From positions 48,800,401-48,864,400 of the forward strand of contig CM120641.1 of the NCBI GenBank assembly GCA_051362555.1: a stretch of DNA of 64,000 bases, in the 5' to 3' direction. Below are positions 11,281 through 25,400 of the stretch, piece by piece. A model generated the notes under the pieces. It saw only the letters and a program-made list of their open reading frames with translations. It was not told the origin of the DNA and did no database searches. Each line of letters begins with the position of its first letter. Position 1 is the first letter of the stretch. The DNA is from Lingula anatina (lineage: Eukaryota > Animalia > Brachiopoda). The position numbers and the translations under genes were made by a program.

Positions 11281-11810
11281 TTTTGTTTTGTTTTGTTTTG
11301 ACAGTACATTTTATGTATTTTATGAGTAATATTACAGTAACAGATTTAATAGTACATGTGATGACATTGTCATTCTTAAAGGAAGAATACCCATTGAAAA
11401 TGTCCCGAAGTGATATGTCTACACATCCTGCAAAGCTTCAAGGACAAGTGCTTATTTTTCCCAACTCAGAACTTTAAAAAGCTCCTGGTATCGATATTTC
11501 TTCCTTAAACATACATGTAGACATAAAAGTACCACTTTAAGGCCAAAACTGGCATATTGAAAAATTGCCCGCAAATATTGAGCGTTTTAGTATTTAATGC
11601 ACTGTAAATATATTGGAAAACGCGTTCGTTTCATCACACTAATGGAAATTTCTTTATCGTGATAAATATTTAATAGATTACATCCGTTTTTGAAATGAAC
11701 ATGCTCGGAACAACACGGGTAGTAGGCATTATTCTTTACTACACCGACCCTTAAAGGATATTTTCGAAACAGTTCCCGGACTGCCTTCGGCCTTGTACTG
11801 AAACACCGAA

Positions 11811-14800
11811 ATGGCTCAAGTGTTGCAATTAGTCGTTGGTATTATTGTCTTTGGTGAGTAAACTGATTTTAGAAAATACACTAATACCATATATAAATCA
11901 ATGTTAACCAAAGAGGTACCGCTGGAAAAGTGTAATTACTTATGATACAGTTCAATACGACCCATTGGAGTGCTATTGGTTTTTATCACTTATGCCTCTG
12001 TCGAGACTGAAACCGACTTAAATTTAAAATTCAAATTGATACCAGTTTCTGAATCTTTATAATGTATAATTTGATTTTATAGGTGGTTTTATTCCTATTT
12101 TTATTTTAAGATTAAAATGTTGTTTCAGAAATCATTTGTTGCTTCTGTCCACTGCACGTCACCGGCGTTAAAGTATCATCATGCAGAACAACAGTCTTAC
12201 CTAATTTGAGGAATGATGGCAACTTGAACGCCACCGGAGACATCCTGATGCAGGAACCCCAAGAGGGTCTTCTAGATTGTGCCAGGATGAAATTCAAATC
12301 AACGGAGGCCAAATCTGTGCAGTTTTGTGCCACGCCGAGGATGTGCACCGTTTTTAGCACCGAGTTAACGCCAGCTGTTATAGAAGACGCCATGGCTGAT
12401 AGCGACTGTGTGCTTATGAAGTTCACTTGTGATGAGATTAAGGTAAAATTCGAGGTTTAGGATGGCACATTGCAGTTTGATTACTCGATTTTTTTTATCC
12501 TATTATTATTATTATGCTTTGATTTATGTTTCTCGGTTTTGTGATTGACTTTGTTGTTTTAGTTATATATCGTAGATAAAAGTGGGCAAGCTTTATTTTT
12601 TCCTTGTACTCAACTTACCGATTGCCATTTCTATTACAAGAAGCATACAATAAACTTGACCAGTTTTTCTTGTTTTTTCTTTGTTGCTAAGTCACTCTAT
12701 GCAAGAGCTCGTAGAGGTGAACAGACTTTAAAATTTGTTTTGTACAGCATATGCCGATGTGACGTTTGTGTTGCTATATATTCATCGCCTGAGATCTAAT
12801 TTTTTTTAATACAATGGATTGCACTCGTAAACAAATAAACGAAACATGGATCACAGATCGGCTTTATTTTGATGTTTATCCTTATTATATTTCTAGCCTA
12901 ACATTGACCTATTAGATGTTGGCACTGTTAACGCAGCAAATACCGCTGCTACGCTAGAAACGATTTCATCCACCGCACTGACGCCGTCAACACCTCTGTC
13001 AACTGCAGCAAAGCCACCGGAAACCCACACGTTAACCGGAGTGACGCCATCAGCAACTTCCCTCACTGCACTCACATCACAATCACCTTCAACGCCCCTG
13101 TTGTCTATGTCATTGTTGTCTACCAAACTTGCGTCAACGCGATTGTTGACTACCCCGGTGACGTCAACGCCATTATTGTCAACCACAGTGACGTCAGCGC
13201 CTTTGTTGTTTACTGCAGTGACGTCAGCGCCACTGTTGTCTACCGCGGTGACGTCAACGCCATTATTGTCCACCACAGTGACGTCAGCACCACATTCATT
13301 TACTACATTGACGTCAGAAAGCAGTAATCCCACCACTGTATCTTCAACAGACCTTGTTACGTCTGATCAACCAGGTAAGCCAGAAGAAAGTGGACTGAAT
13401 ATTATCACCAGTATACATAAATGCATCTCTTAAAATCAAAGGTGATGATGCTTTTATTTCAGACGCACAACTGCATCGGGTATATATGATTGAAATCAGA
13501 AACTGCATCTGGTGTACATGATTGAAATTAGAATTTATTGTGATCAGAATATATTAATGGAACTGAAACTTTCGAAAACAAATAATATACAGAAAATCTT
13601 ACATTTGTACTTTACGGCAGATGGCTTAAAATTGAGACAACAAATTTGTTCTCAATGTTTTAGGTGATTCTGAGTCAAACCCGGGTGCTAACTGCTCAGA
13701 TATTCTCCAAGCCCAACCAGAAGCAGTGTCAGGTGTCTACTGGATCTCAGCACAGGATCAAATGTTTAAGGTACCATAGAGAAGACATTAACTCTAGCCT
13801 GGTATAAATCAAATAATCACTGTTTTGCTAACAGTTCATTTGATAAAGCAATGTTTTGGCTTGATGGTCTTGGCTTGATAGGTCTGGAACAAGAATGGCA
13901 ATCCACCACTCTGCATTACTTTGTATGGGTGATATTCGTCCCATATATTGTCCCCGTTACCTGCGACTAACCCTAACCTGTACTTATCATATGGGACCCC
14001 GAACTACTATCCCTAGGATTTACTTTCCTGTCAAACCAGTAATATGTAATGCTACCGTGCAGTAATTTTGTTGTAGGAATTTTAATATTCTACAGTGTTT
14101 TTAGTTGATAAGGCATGGTTTTATCTCCGTATTTTTGTGGCAAAAGTAGTAGATCATGTTATTCCACAAGTCCTTCCGTCTGCTGTCTCCTCTGGGACCA
14201 TTAGTGTGATAAACCCATAATTTGGGGGAATGGTAGACCTACGAAACAATATAAAAAAGATCGACTATACGACTAAAACAGGTTGCTTATAAGGCATAGC
14301 CTGTGTAAATTGTACTTTTCTCTCGTGTTCTGCAGGTTTTCTGTGATATGGACACTGATGGAGGGGGCTGGACTCTCGTCTGGAGTTACACTTTCACAAA
14401 TTTTAGTTCAAACTTGACCGGTGCCCTAACACCAAGACCAAGTTGGTCAGCGTCTCAGGGCGATGTTCCCATCTCCATTACCCCACCGCTGAACGAGACA
14501 GATTTCAATGCTGTAGATTTCTCATTGTGGAAATTCATCGGCGCACAACAATTCTTGGTGAAATCGACTATCAATCATTGGATAGTCTGTAATGGCAGTG
14601 AGCTGGTAGAATTCAAACTGGGATCAATTGACTGCCGCGTTGTCAAAACTATTGGTAACAGTTCATGCAATGACGTGGTTCCCATTCGTTTTTACACCAC
14701 TCTTGGGTTCAGCAGCGATTATCCTTTGGCTAGAAAAGGTCCGGCTCTTGCTGTATCCAGTAGTCCATACTCAATAGATACAACTGCGTATTACTACTTT

Positions 14801-14914
14801 TGGGCGTCCACAAGTGGGTCGTACTGCCCCGTGCATGACCCTTGCGGTTTAGGGCGCTGTTACGGGCATAAAGCAGACCCCGTTATGCCATATGGCAACA
14901 TTTATATTCGCTAA
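11811..14914 (+). CDS. Secreted protein, ~506 aa: signal peptide, small Cys-containing (PAN/apple-like?) domain, Thr/Ser mucin-like repeats, fibrinogen-type N-terminal motif and a Cys/Trp-rich C-terminal domain
   Basis: Phase-consistent exons 11811-11853, 12129-12442, 12897-13374, 13664-13770, 14336-14914. Hydrophobic N-terminus MAQVLQLVVGIIVF; 10-aa VTS(T/A)PLLST(T/A) repeats; motif NCSDILQ...SGVYWI...VFCDMDTDGGGWTLV; AATAAA ~20 nt after the stop. Confidence 0.85.
13130..13320 (+). repeat. Coding 30-bp minisatellite (gtgacgtca-containing units) encoding the mucin-like stalk
   Basis: About six imperfect units, e.g. gtgacgtcaacgccattattgtcaaccaca. Confidence 0.85.
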
Positions 14915-15511
14915 CACATGCATGTTTGCTTTAATAAAGAGATAAGACGGGGCAAGACACAGTTTCTATGGAATCGTACAAAACAAGCAATTATGCTCAT
15001 TATTTTTAACTGTTGCTTTAGTATGTAATTTAATTTCTGGGTTATGTTAAATTTCATAAAGATACACTGTTTCTCCTCTGGTTGCTGTAGTTTTATTCCC
15101 CCTTTAAGTAATGATGCTAGTACTACTTGCGTGATGTAGAAAATGCATGGATGAATTGATCAAATGCTGTTAAATTTTTACTGTAGGCGTGTATTACATT
15201 TCTTCATCACATATTTATAAGAAAACGCGAGGCTGGTGTAGGCGCAGTGCTTATGTTACATGCGTTTATCGTTTATCGTCTTTTTACACTGCACATTTTG
15301 TTTAATCACCGTATAAAAGCCGGGTTAAAGTTATCAGTTAAAAACGTAAAGTGATGACAGATATTGAAAAATCAAATCCGTATAAAAGTATAAAGTGTAT
15401 AAAGTGTTCAAAGAAATTACACACAAAAACACAAAAACGAACACCTTATCAATTCAACGCTGTCTGCTTTCTGTGTATATTGACCATGGAATTAATAAGA
15501 TAAACCGTATC

Positions 15512-15542
<31 letters not shown>
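15512..15542. repeat. (TAT)n microsatellite
   Basis: About ten TAT units. Confidence 0.9.
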
Positions 15543-16466
15543 TTAACAGAAGTAATCTATGTTTTTCGCTTACGCAGCGTATGGTAATGACTTGATCTTG
15601 TCAATGGAAAAAAATAAATTTTTTATACACCAAATCACAAAAATTCATCCCTATACAGCATTTTGGTGCTTTCAGTGTGTTAATATTATAAGAACTGTAA
15701 CTATTCCAAATTTAAGAATTTGATTTAAAACACAGTTATATTAAAATACTGTAAAACATCACCGTAGTATCTGCCATTATATCAAACAAAAACACCATGT
15801 TTGTGCACGGCTTTATTTCTACCATCAGGTGTAAGCAGGGCGAAATAAACTGGATTTCAAGATACAGCAACTGCAAGAACACATTTTTTCTTTTCTCCGG
15901 TTAGAAAACATGGTGAATTCCAAGCCAGTTATCAAAATAACTTAAAACTAACCCAGTTTCTATCACAAGACCAGTTTTCTGTATCACAGTGCGCTAAGAC
16001 GGCTTCCTACTGCTTGGCATCACATGGAATGAAGTGTTGAAAGCTGTTATTGCTCCATTATACACGTATATGTAGTCGAACTTTGATCACGCTATGTTCA
16101 CGCTCGTCAGAAAGAGGGAGAGAGAGAGAGATAGAAAGAGAAAAGCAGAAAAGACAGAAGAATGACAGAACATGACAAACTTGTGCTGGAAAGAAATTAA
16201 CTGACAGTGTCTATTTGATTAAAATTCACAAAAGAGATAAGTTTGTTAGAACACGCTAATAATGCACAGAAAGCCCAACTTGCAGTAGATTAAATAAATG
16301 AAGCGGAACTGAATAAAATTTCCAATACATCAAATTTTTTATATCGAGTGTGTGGATGAATGGTTTCTCTGACTGAAAGCTTAACTACTAACACAAACAT
16401 CTGTTTTGTTTGTAATGTCCGACTGTAATTGGTGCTGCCTTTTCTTTTCAGCTTACATTTGAGAGT

Positions 16467-19400
16467 CTAATTTTTCTCTTTATCGCCCTCCTCGTCCTCC
16501 TCCTTTGGCTCTTCTTTAGTTTCCATTCCGAACGCAGCCTTAAACCGCTTCACGATGAAGTCCACCATCTCGTAGTCGTTAGACTGCATCTCAGCGTTCG
16601 CCTTCACGGTGGCGAAAGAATCGTTAATGATGGTGAGGAACATCCCCATCAGTCCGATATAGACCACAGCCACGAACAAGAAGAAGAACAAGGGTCCCAG
16701 AACTGGATTGGCGTCCTTCATGTCGTCAAAGCTGAAAGAGCCGAGAGAGAAAGCGAACAGCGCCTCCACTGAGCCGATGAACGTGCCGTAACTTGGCAGA
16801 TGGCGCCCAAACAGGAGGTACGCCGCCTGGCAGAAAGCGAAGAAGTATAAGAAGAAGGTGATGGAGAAGACCTTCAGGTCCTGAGTAGCGATGCGGATGG
16901 TGTCACCCAACATGCCCATACGACGGTTGAAGCGGAGGAGTTTCAGAGACTTGATGGTGGCTAGGAAGACCACGACGCCAACCATGTAGCCGAATGTTTC
17001 GTCCCAGAGGGCCAGAGATTGAAAGTTGACAAAATCAGCTGAAAAGATATATTAAATTTAACTGGTCTGGTAATTTCAGTATAACATAAACTATCTGAAA
17101 ATCGTGCACGTAGTTGGCCTGTACTCGTACTAATTAACCGACTATTTAACGTAATAGAAAACCTACTGGTAAAACTTCGCCGTTATAATGAGCATTACAG
17201 AGCATGTAATTTTTTTCAAAAGCGACACACATGCCAGGAACACTTCTATTAAGCCGGGGTGAACGCCCAATTGTGTTTGCGTTAAATTGTGCTAAAATGT
17301 TCTCTCCCCCCAAACTTACCAGAGCCGCTCTTCTCTAACGCATTCATCGCCAGCGCCGCCAGCCCGTGCTTCATGATGTACATGGCAATGGCCGCTATGG
17401 AGAAACACGTGGTGGAAAACTCCATCAGGTTCCAGAACTCTCTGAAGTAAGCTTTTCCTTCCTTCCGGATCTTGCCCACCTCTCGCACCAAGAAGTAGAT
17501 GGTGAAGGCGCCAAACATCAACTCAAAGATGATGACTACGATGCCAAAGCCGCCAACGTAAGGGAAGAGACGGAAAATCTGCAAAATTGAGAATAAATAT
17601 AGTATCATTGTTCTAAAGTGCACTTACAATACAATAAAAAATAAAAAAGGAATAAAAACATTGAGGAAAATGATGATGATTTTCACAATGAAGACGCAAA
17701 TATATATAACACCGGTACAACTGATATAGGGGAATTTCCACTGATTGCAAACTGATTATTTCTATAGAAATACTTCAACTTACCTTTATTTCAGGCATAG
17801 TCGTCGATCCTCCTGCTGCCAAGAATTCTTTTAAAATAACCACAGAGGCAAACAAATTAACATTCGGGTTGAACAAAGTGAACTCCACGAAGATCGCTCT
17901 CGTGTACTGATCGAACCAATCATCATCTTTCAGTTTCTGAGTTATTCTTTTGCTTGCTCTTGCCGTGCGTCCCAAGTCCTGTACGTAACCGCCACCTTTG
18001 TAGAAGTTTACAACACCCATATAGGGGGCGTTTTTCAGTTTAAGAGAGCTTTGATAGACCCATGGGGTGTCAGCGTCCCCGAGGATATCGAGAGCGGTCT
18101 CATTGTCTTGCGGCGGAAGTTTCCACAATGGATAATAATCTCTGGCGTCGTCGTCATTCCAGTTGTAGTCGTCACGGCAACGGTGGATTATTTTCCGGAA
18201 CAAGGGTTGAACGCGGCAAGTATCTGTAACGAAATAACATGGGTCGGTGGATCACGTAGAACAGTAGAAAATGCGCATCTTTCCACAAACAATCAGAAAC
18301 ATGTTAGCTCTTTCGTTTTTACTTTTGTATTATTAGGGGCCAATTTCTGGGCGAAATAGTTGCATAAAACATGTGCAGCACTTCAGGTAACTTATTTTAC
18401 TCTTAATCACAAAAATAAATAAATATTATTATTAGGATTCCCCATAGGGGAATACTATTGTTTTTGGTATTATTATAGTTATTCTTTCCGCGCGTTTTTT
18501 TTTCGCAAAAAATCTGAAATAATTATCATAGGTAGCCTATGGCAAGAATATGCCACAGACCCAGTTTCAGTGACCTTGACCTACTTTTCAAGGTCACAGG
18601 GGCTTTTAAAGGCAAAATTTGTAAAATTTGAAATTGCCATTAGGCTTTAAGTATAAGCCATATGGCTAAGGGCCTTATGACAAATGATACTGAGCCAAAT
18701 CCACAGATAATGGCCTACTTTTATGCAAGTAGGTCAAGGTCAAGGTCGCTAATGGCCAAACGGGCTCAAAAAAGGTTTGTTTCCGAGATCTCAGAAACCG
18801 GAAGTCCCAGAGCCCCGATCATAGTGGCAAATGATGCCCTATATATTTATCTAAGGTTAGCCGTACTTTGGTAGCGACTGCTTAATTACTTTTTTTAATA
18901 TAGATTTTTAAATATTTATGACTTTGCAGAAATCTTGAGTTTGGCAGTTTCTCCATGAAACACTGGTTTTTGGTCATAGCATGCTATAGTAAACTACCCC
19001 AAACATATACCCAAAACCCCCAAATCAAATGTCAAATTTGACCTTGACCCTCATTTTCAAGGTCATTTGGCTATTTCATGGAGAAATATTGACGTGGGCT
19101 AAAAGTGATGTTTTGTTGACTCCCCCCCCCCCCCCCCCAATTCGCACATGCTCTTTCAGAATATGGGATCAAATTTAACCCATGACGTTCACGTGACCTT
19201 GTAAGAGCATTTTCAACCCTATTTTGCAGGGGAATCCTCCGCCACTGGCTTTAGCCAGTTGCAATCTAGTTATTATTATTATTATTATACGTACTGTCTT
19301 TCACTCTCATCTGTCTCAATCTTCCCACGCCGACCCTGTTGGCGCCAAACCCATCGATAGCGAGAGATTGCCGCCAATCCAGACGCTTGCCGTTGTACAT

Positions 19401-22400
19401 GGAGGAGGCGTAAAGGCCGGGCAGGAGGACGCTGTTCAGCCACGCCCAATACTGGGGGATAGTGTGCACCTACAACATAGGAGAAGAATAAATGTGAGAT
19501 AATGTGAGATAATGTGAACAAGAAATTAGTGTTCTTTATAAAAATTTAGCGTCAAATAAGAAGTAACTTCCATGAACATCATAATAATTGTAAGAATTGA
19601 AAACAGAATATATCTCTTAGCAGAATACTTTTTAATCAAAATCAAACTAGGCCCTATATATGTATCTTACAAGCATAAAAACTACATATTTTGAACACGT
19701 ACACGAAGAGGTCGAAATTGAGGCACAAACGGTAAAACATGGTAATGAATATCGTTCCGTGCATACCAATGAAAATGATTTGGACAAGGGTCTTGGGTGA
19801 TTGAAAAGGGTACGGTTAACAGTGGTTACTACGGCAGAACTATCTAAAATGCAATCAAAATGCGTTTTATGGAGATCAAAATTTTCGCGGAAATTTATCA
19901 CTCTGTAGATTGAACATATGTTGTGTATGTAAATAAATGATTTGAATTCTTACATCTTTGATGGCGGGTGACGTGTTGATGAAGGTATTTCTGATCATCT
20001 CTGTGAACAGGTACGAGCTGGTGCTGCGCGTCTGGTAGGACAGGAAAAACAAGATCAGTAAGAAGAAGAAATAAATCAGGATCTCCTTGATGATAGCTTC
20101 CATCTGGATCTCTTTCATTCTCTGTTCTCGAGCTGCCGTCAGAGCCGTTAGATCTGGTGGTTTTAACGAACTCTGTGCCATCTTTCTTCGCATGATGAGA
20201 TCTAAAATAAAATGGTTTAACTTTACATGACTGATGAAAAACAAAGATGTTGACTATCGTTGGGTTGACTACCGGTATTTTAATTAATTACTGGCTAAAG
20301 TTGTAAGACATTTGCAAAACATTTTTACAGACACCCATTGACTGTCTTCAATAATATCTAAATGTTTTCCAGGCATCAATAAATACGGTTTACTATCATA
20401 TATACTAAATGAACTGTTTGAATTTTTAAAAGCAGCAGAGACAAAAGTGCAGTAATTTCCCTTACCCTGAAGGTTGACTTGTTGTTTCTTCAAGTACTCG
20501 TCTGTTGTTGTTGTCGGCGGCTCGTCAAATGTTTCCTCCTCGTCTAGTTCTGGCTTTTTCAAAACACAGGAGATGAACGCAGCCAGCAAGAATACCTGAA
20601 AAACAAATTATATAATATGTGATGTTTTCTAGATCAGTCATTGACAACTATTTTAATGTCCAGATCATTGTTTTAGTTTTATCACCCAAAGGTAAACAGT
20701 TTCCACTTTCATATTTATTTACTGAATAAACTCGTATTTTATATTACCTAATCTTTGTTTCAAAATACATTTCTCAACCGTAACGAGTACAACCATCACT
20801 TTAGAAAGAAGAAAGTGTCTGTCATTTTATCTGTCAAGTTATTTTTCATCGTTGCTATCGAAAAATAAACCTGTTTTAAGTCACATGCAGCATAAAAGAT
20901 GAACACACCTTGATAGGTTGTACCACGACCACTGACTGGAAGAAGGACAACACGAAGGTAGTCAGCCACTCGTTTGCCTTCTCCTTACCCCACTCCAGAC
21001 TGTACAGGATGACGAAGAACGCAGAACAAGAAACGCTGCAGAAACACACTGGAATAATAAGAACAGAATTTTAGATCATATACATGTACACAGTTTAAAT
21101 GCGTTACATTTCCATCGAATTTGAACTTTATTCTATTAACAAAAATGCATGTTTGAACTATTATCCTTCTGTTTTAAGTTTGACAAATTTTACTGAAATG
21201 TTAAGTTCCGTTTATATATAAAATATGAAGTGCATTTGTTACAATAAGGTGTAGGTGTATGGAGTATATAAAGCGTTTTAGTTTTTACTTACAGAACCAG
21301 GCAAAGTACATGCACCAGTGGGGCAGTATGAACCCTTTCTTCTTCTTTTTCTTGTCATAGCCTGGCAGTTCCTCTTCTGGGATTTCCGTCTCATACTTTG
21401 ACCTCTGGTGGAAGGTGAGAATCTTACTCATGCTCTCCTTGAACTTTTGCATCTTGGTCTTCTCCACGTTGTTCCACAGGGAAGAGCCCGGGTTCATGCT
21501 CCTCCAGCGAAACTTCTTAGATTTAATGGCGGCGTTCATTTGTGAGATGGTGTTCTTTTTGGGTCTTGCCTTGCGGAACACGGTCACCAGGATCAAGTTG
21601 ACAGGGAATACTATCAGAGTACTGATCAAGCTGACGTACAACTGGCTCAGAGTGAAGGACAACGGCCCCAGTTTAATGGCGTTCACCTTCTCCTTCTTGT
21701 CGTCTGCTTTAAAGAACATTGCGTTGGCAATCATTGTGCAGAACAGCAGTGACAGGCAGCACGAGATACGCTGCACGCGGGTGAAGTTGCTTTTGGTGGG
21801 ACGTGAGACGACTGAGAACCAGAGATGTTCGTTGGTCAACTTTTTCTTCACGGAGGAAGAGAAGAGATGTTTGAAGTCTGAGAGGTCTTCCAGCCCAGCC
21901 ACGGGGAGAATACGTTCAACCATTCCGTCGTCCTCCTCCACCGCCAACCAACGATCGCACAGGAAGAAGAATCTGGCAAGCAAAATAATTTGATGGTCAA
22001 CTCATATGACCGACTTTTCTTGAGAATTGTGAACTTTGACGTTCCCCTATGTAACTAAAAACTCAAATTCTGTACCTAGCATCAATCAGTGACAAAGGAT
22101 TTTAAAAATTTTTTCTCAGTTGCTATTAAGTATTATCCGTCTATCAAAGGCCTCAGACATTGAGAATGAAGTATAGAATTATTTGATATTTGATTTCCTC
22201 ACTTTTCTCCGGTCTGCAGGTCCTGTAGCTGCACCTGTTCCAGGAACCAAGAGCGTTCCTTGCCGTGACCACAGTTGTCGTGCCAGATACGGAGGAAGGT
22301 CAGGGGGCCCAGAGAGTGCTCCACGCTGAGGATGAAATTCAAAATGGAGCCGCGCTCGAATTTCTGAAAAAAAGTGGAAAATAAGATCAAAAGTTGCTGA

Positions 22401-25400
22401 CTTAATTCATCGATGACACAAATAGATTCTTAAAAATTTATGTCATACTTCATGTATGATTAGAGTTATTATCATAATAAATAGGCCAACGGTTCTAGCA
22501 CGTTTTTGCAAGACAAAATTGTATTTAGTAAATCATTTTGACTGCAGAATATAAAAGAACACAAAAGTTATTTAGTTTTTTTTCCTAGCGTAATAAGTTA
22601 AGATAAAGTCAACACCATCGTGATAAAACTTAGAAGCACATTTATTGAAGATGATAACTTTGTAATCATAATGTCAAAATCGCCAGGTATACTTCAATTT
22701 TGTATATAAATATTAGAAGTAATGCAGTCTATGTTTCTGCTGAACATACCTTTCTCTTGCCGTCGCCAAGTCGCCTGACTCCCGTGTCGCCATCGTCGCC
22801 AGAGAGGATAAAGCTGACCTTGGAGGTTGTTCCTGCTTTCTTCCTCATCCCTGTGGTCACCGTGATCTGGTAGTGGTAGTTATCGGTGGGCAGGTTGTCT
22901 TCAAGGGGCGTGGCCTCCCACTGGGATAGGGAATATGTTATCAAAATGAATAATAAATTACCATAGTTTTATCTGAATGGGAATTAAAATATTTCCAATG
23001 ACCCAAATCCCCTTATCAATGGATTGGTCGCGTGGGGATCAGCCATCGCTATCAATGGAACTGGTATTTGCACGGTTATTTTGAGGGACATATTTTTTTA
23101 AGCAATAATACTAGTATGTTGTATGAAGCAAACGACGTTTGACTGGTCTAGAATTCACTTAGGTTGATTCAGCTGCTTCACCTGACCTGCATGTAGTGGT
23201 CAGTAAAGCTTTCCAACTCCCGTCTACGAGTTCACAACTATAAAAGGATGAGAAAGGTGGATGCGTACCTTAAGCTTGTCCTTCTTGTCTTTATATCTGG
23301 CCCAGCCCAGCAGGATAAAGTACAACCCAAGCACGGTGACGACGGTGCTGAACACAGCCGCGTTCTCGTGAAGGTCTTTAAATTTGCTGAACACTGTGCT
23401 GAAGTCAATGGAATTTGGCGGCACCACAAAGTCACCGCCGAAGTTGGTAAGATGGGTACACAGACACTGGGTTTTCTTGGTGTGGGTCAGCTCGCCCACC
23501 TGGTGATGCAGGGAAGAAGAATAAAAGTACACCAATTATTTTAAAACTGACTCATTTCTACAAAGCAACGCTCTTAAAATGAAATGTAGTCAGTTTCAGT
23601 ATAGTAAAATTAGAACTCATATGTTTATATTCCCCTTACAAATAGCGTTAATAATGTATCTTACCACAAATGTAATTCTATCAAACAGTGAAATAAGCAA
23701 AAGAAAAAGATATAGAGAAAGAACTTGTTCACGAGAATGGCATATACTCACATAGCATCCGTCAGTTCCCCAGTCGTTGGTGGTTTCATTCCAGAACCGA
23801 CACCCTGAGGTATAGAGCTGCCACGAGTACGAGTGGTTGGTTTCAATTAATGGGAACGTGACCTTGGCACCTGAATCAGGTAGAATACACGAACTGTTTG
23901 AATAATTGTGTCACCGTGTATTTTGAAAACTACTTATTTTTTCTAAAATGCGTACTACACCGCACCATTAACATACTTGAAAAATCACAGAATACCTTGT
24001 TTTCGCTATTGTAAAAACCAAATGAAACGCTAATACCAGAAAAGAACATCTTAAGTATTACATTGATCATACTATATACTGCACACGTACCGTACAGCTC
24101 GACACAGATGTAGTATGAGCCGTTCAAACTGGTGACATTAGCTGGAGGGAAAAACGTGTATCGCAATTCTTCTCTGACGTCATCTTCTTCTGTGTCCACG
24201 TCTTCCTCACGTGGTATGTAGTCCACGTGGTCGTAGTGGGTCTTGTTCGGGAACTCCATGTGCTTAATGTATACCTGAAAATATATTATATGCCCATTGC
24301 GTTGATACGGGTTTTGAGTCAAAATTCCAATGGTGAACGACATTCATTTTTGAATGCCATGTATTTATGTATGTTTCTTCAAAGTAAAACTAAATATACG
24401 TTTGTCTCATAGAATGAAACACATCAATCAAGGACAAAAAAAATTGTCTGTCCTGTTCTTGTGAATAGTTTTTTATATTTAGAAAGGATAAGCGTGATGC
24501 AAGCAATGCTTATTAATATTCAAAACATTCCAATGCAAAGTTAAAGAAAAAGTAGTCCTAAAAATGAGCCCTCATTATCTGTTTTTCCTCATTTCAGCCA
24601 TAATTTGTTCAAAACAATAACGAAAGTGAAAGCAGTATCTTCTCTCACCCTGAACCTGTCCTCTGGAAGCGTGGGTCGGACGATGACGTGGATGGTGCTG
24701 CCATTGGTTGGAATCTTGGTGTGATGACACTTCAGGGAACCGTCAGACAGCAGTGAGAAGTTCACTGCCTTTGGAATCACAGATGCGTCTGGAATGGTAA
24801 ATATTGCGGTAAGGGCCGCCACTCACTCACAGTTATGAAGTGCTTCAACAATATTATTGCAATTATAGATATGATTTACTCATATATACACTGTTCATGT
24901 TTGTTTTGCATTTTTTATAGGAAACGCTTTTTACCGAGTTACTGTACTTTACCTTTATCAAGAACGATTTCAATGGGTTCCGATGCGTTTGAGATCTCCA
25001 TGGGCGACCCGTCCTCGTTCATATAGGACAACGAGAGCACAGGCGTCTTAATGGCTGAAGATGTGTCTCCCCAGGAGTATGGGTTGTTCTTAGACGTCAT
25101 CAGCTTAAATGATAATGAGAACATCTGATGTAGAGTAACATGCACCTTTATCACTCTGTACAAATTCTTACGAATGGATATTTAAGCAACAAGTGCGTAC
25201 AATTAAAAAAAATTATCTAAATTAAGTTTGTGATAGCATACATATTAAGTGTGATTTTTTATTTTCTATACAAACCTTGGCACCCACGGACGCGTTCCCC
25301 CCACTGCCTTGGCTGAGGACGTCACCCGGCATGTTGAAACCACCGCCTTTAGCTTGCATTTTCTGGCTGCCTACAAGACAAGAAGATCGATAACTCCCCT

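Noticed and set aside
12893-13336. 147-aa Val/Asp-rich minus-strand ORF
   Set aside because: Antisense shadow of the mucin-repeat exon.
21415-21993. Plus-strand ORFs overlapping polycystin exons (also 25964-26398, 37387-37938, 38408-40051)
   Set aside because: Antisense shadows of real minus-strand exons.
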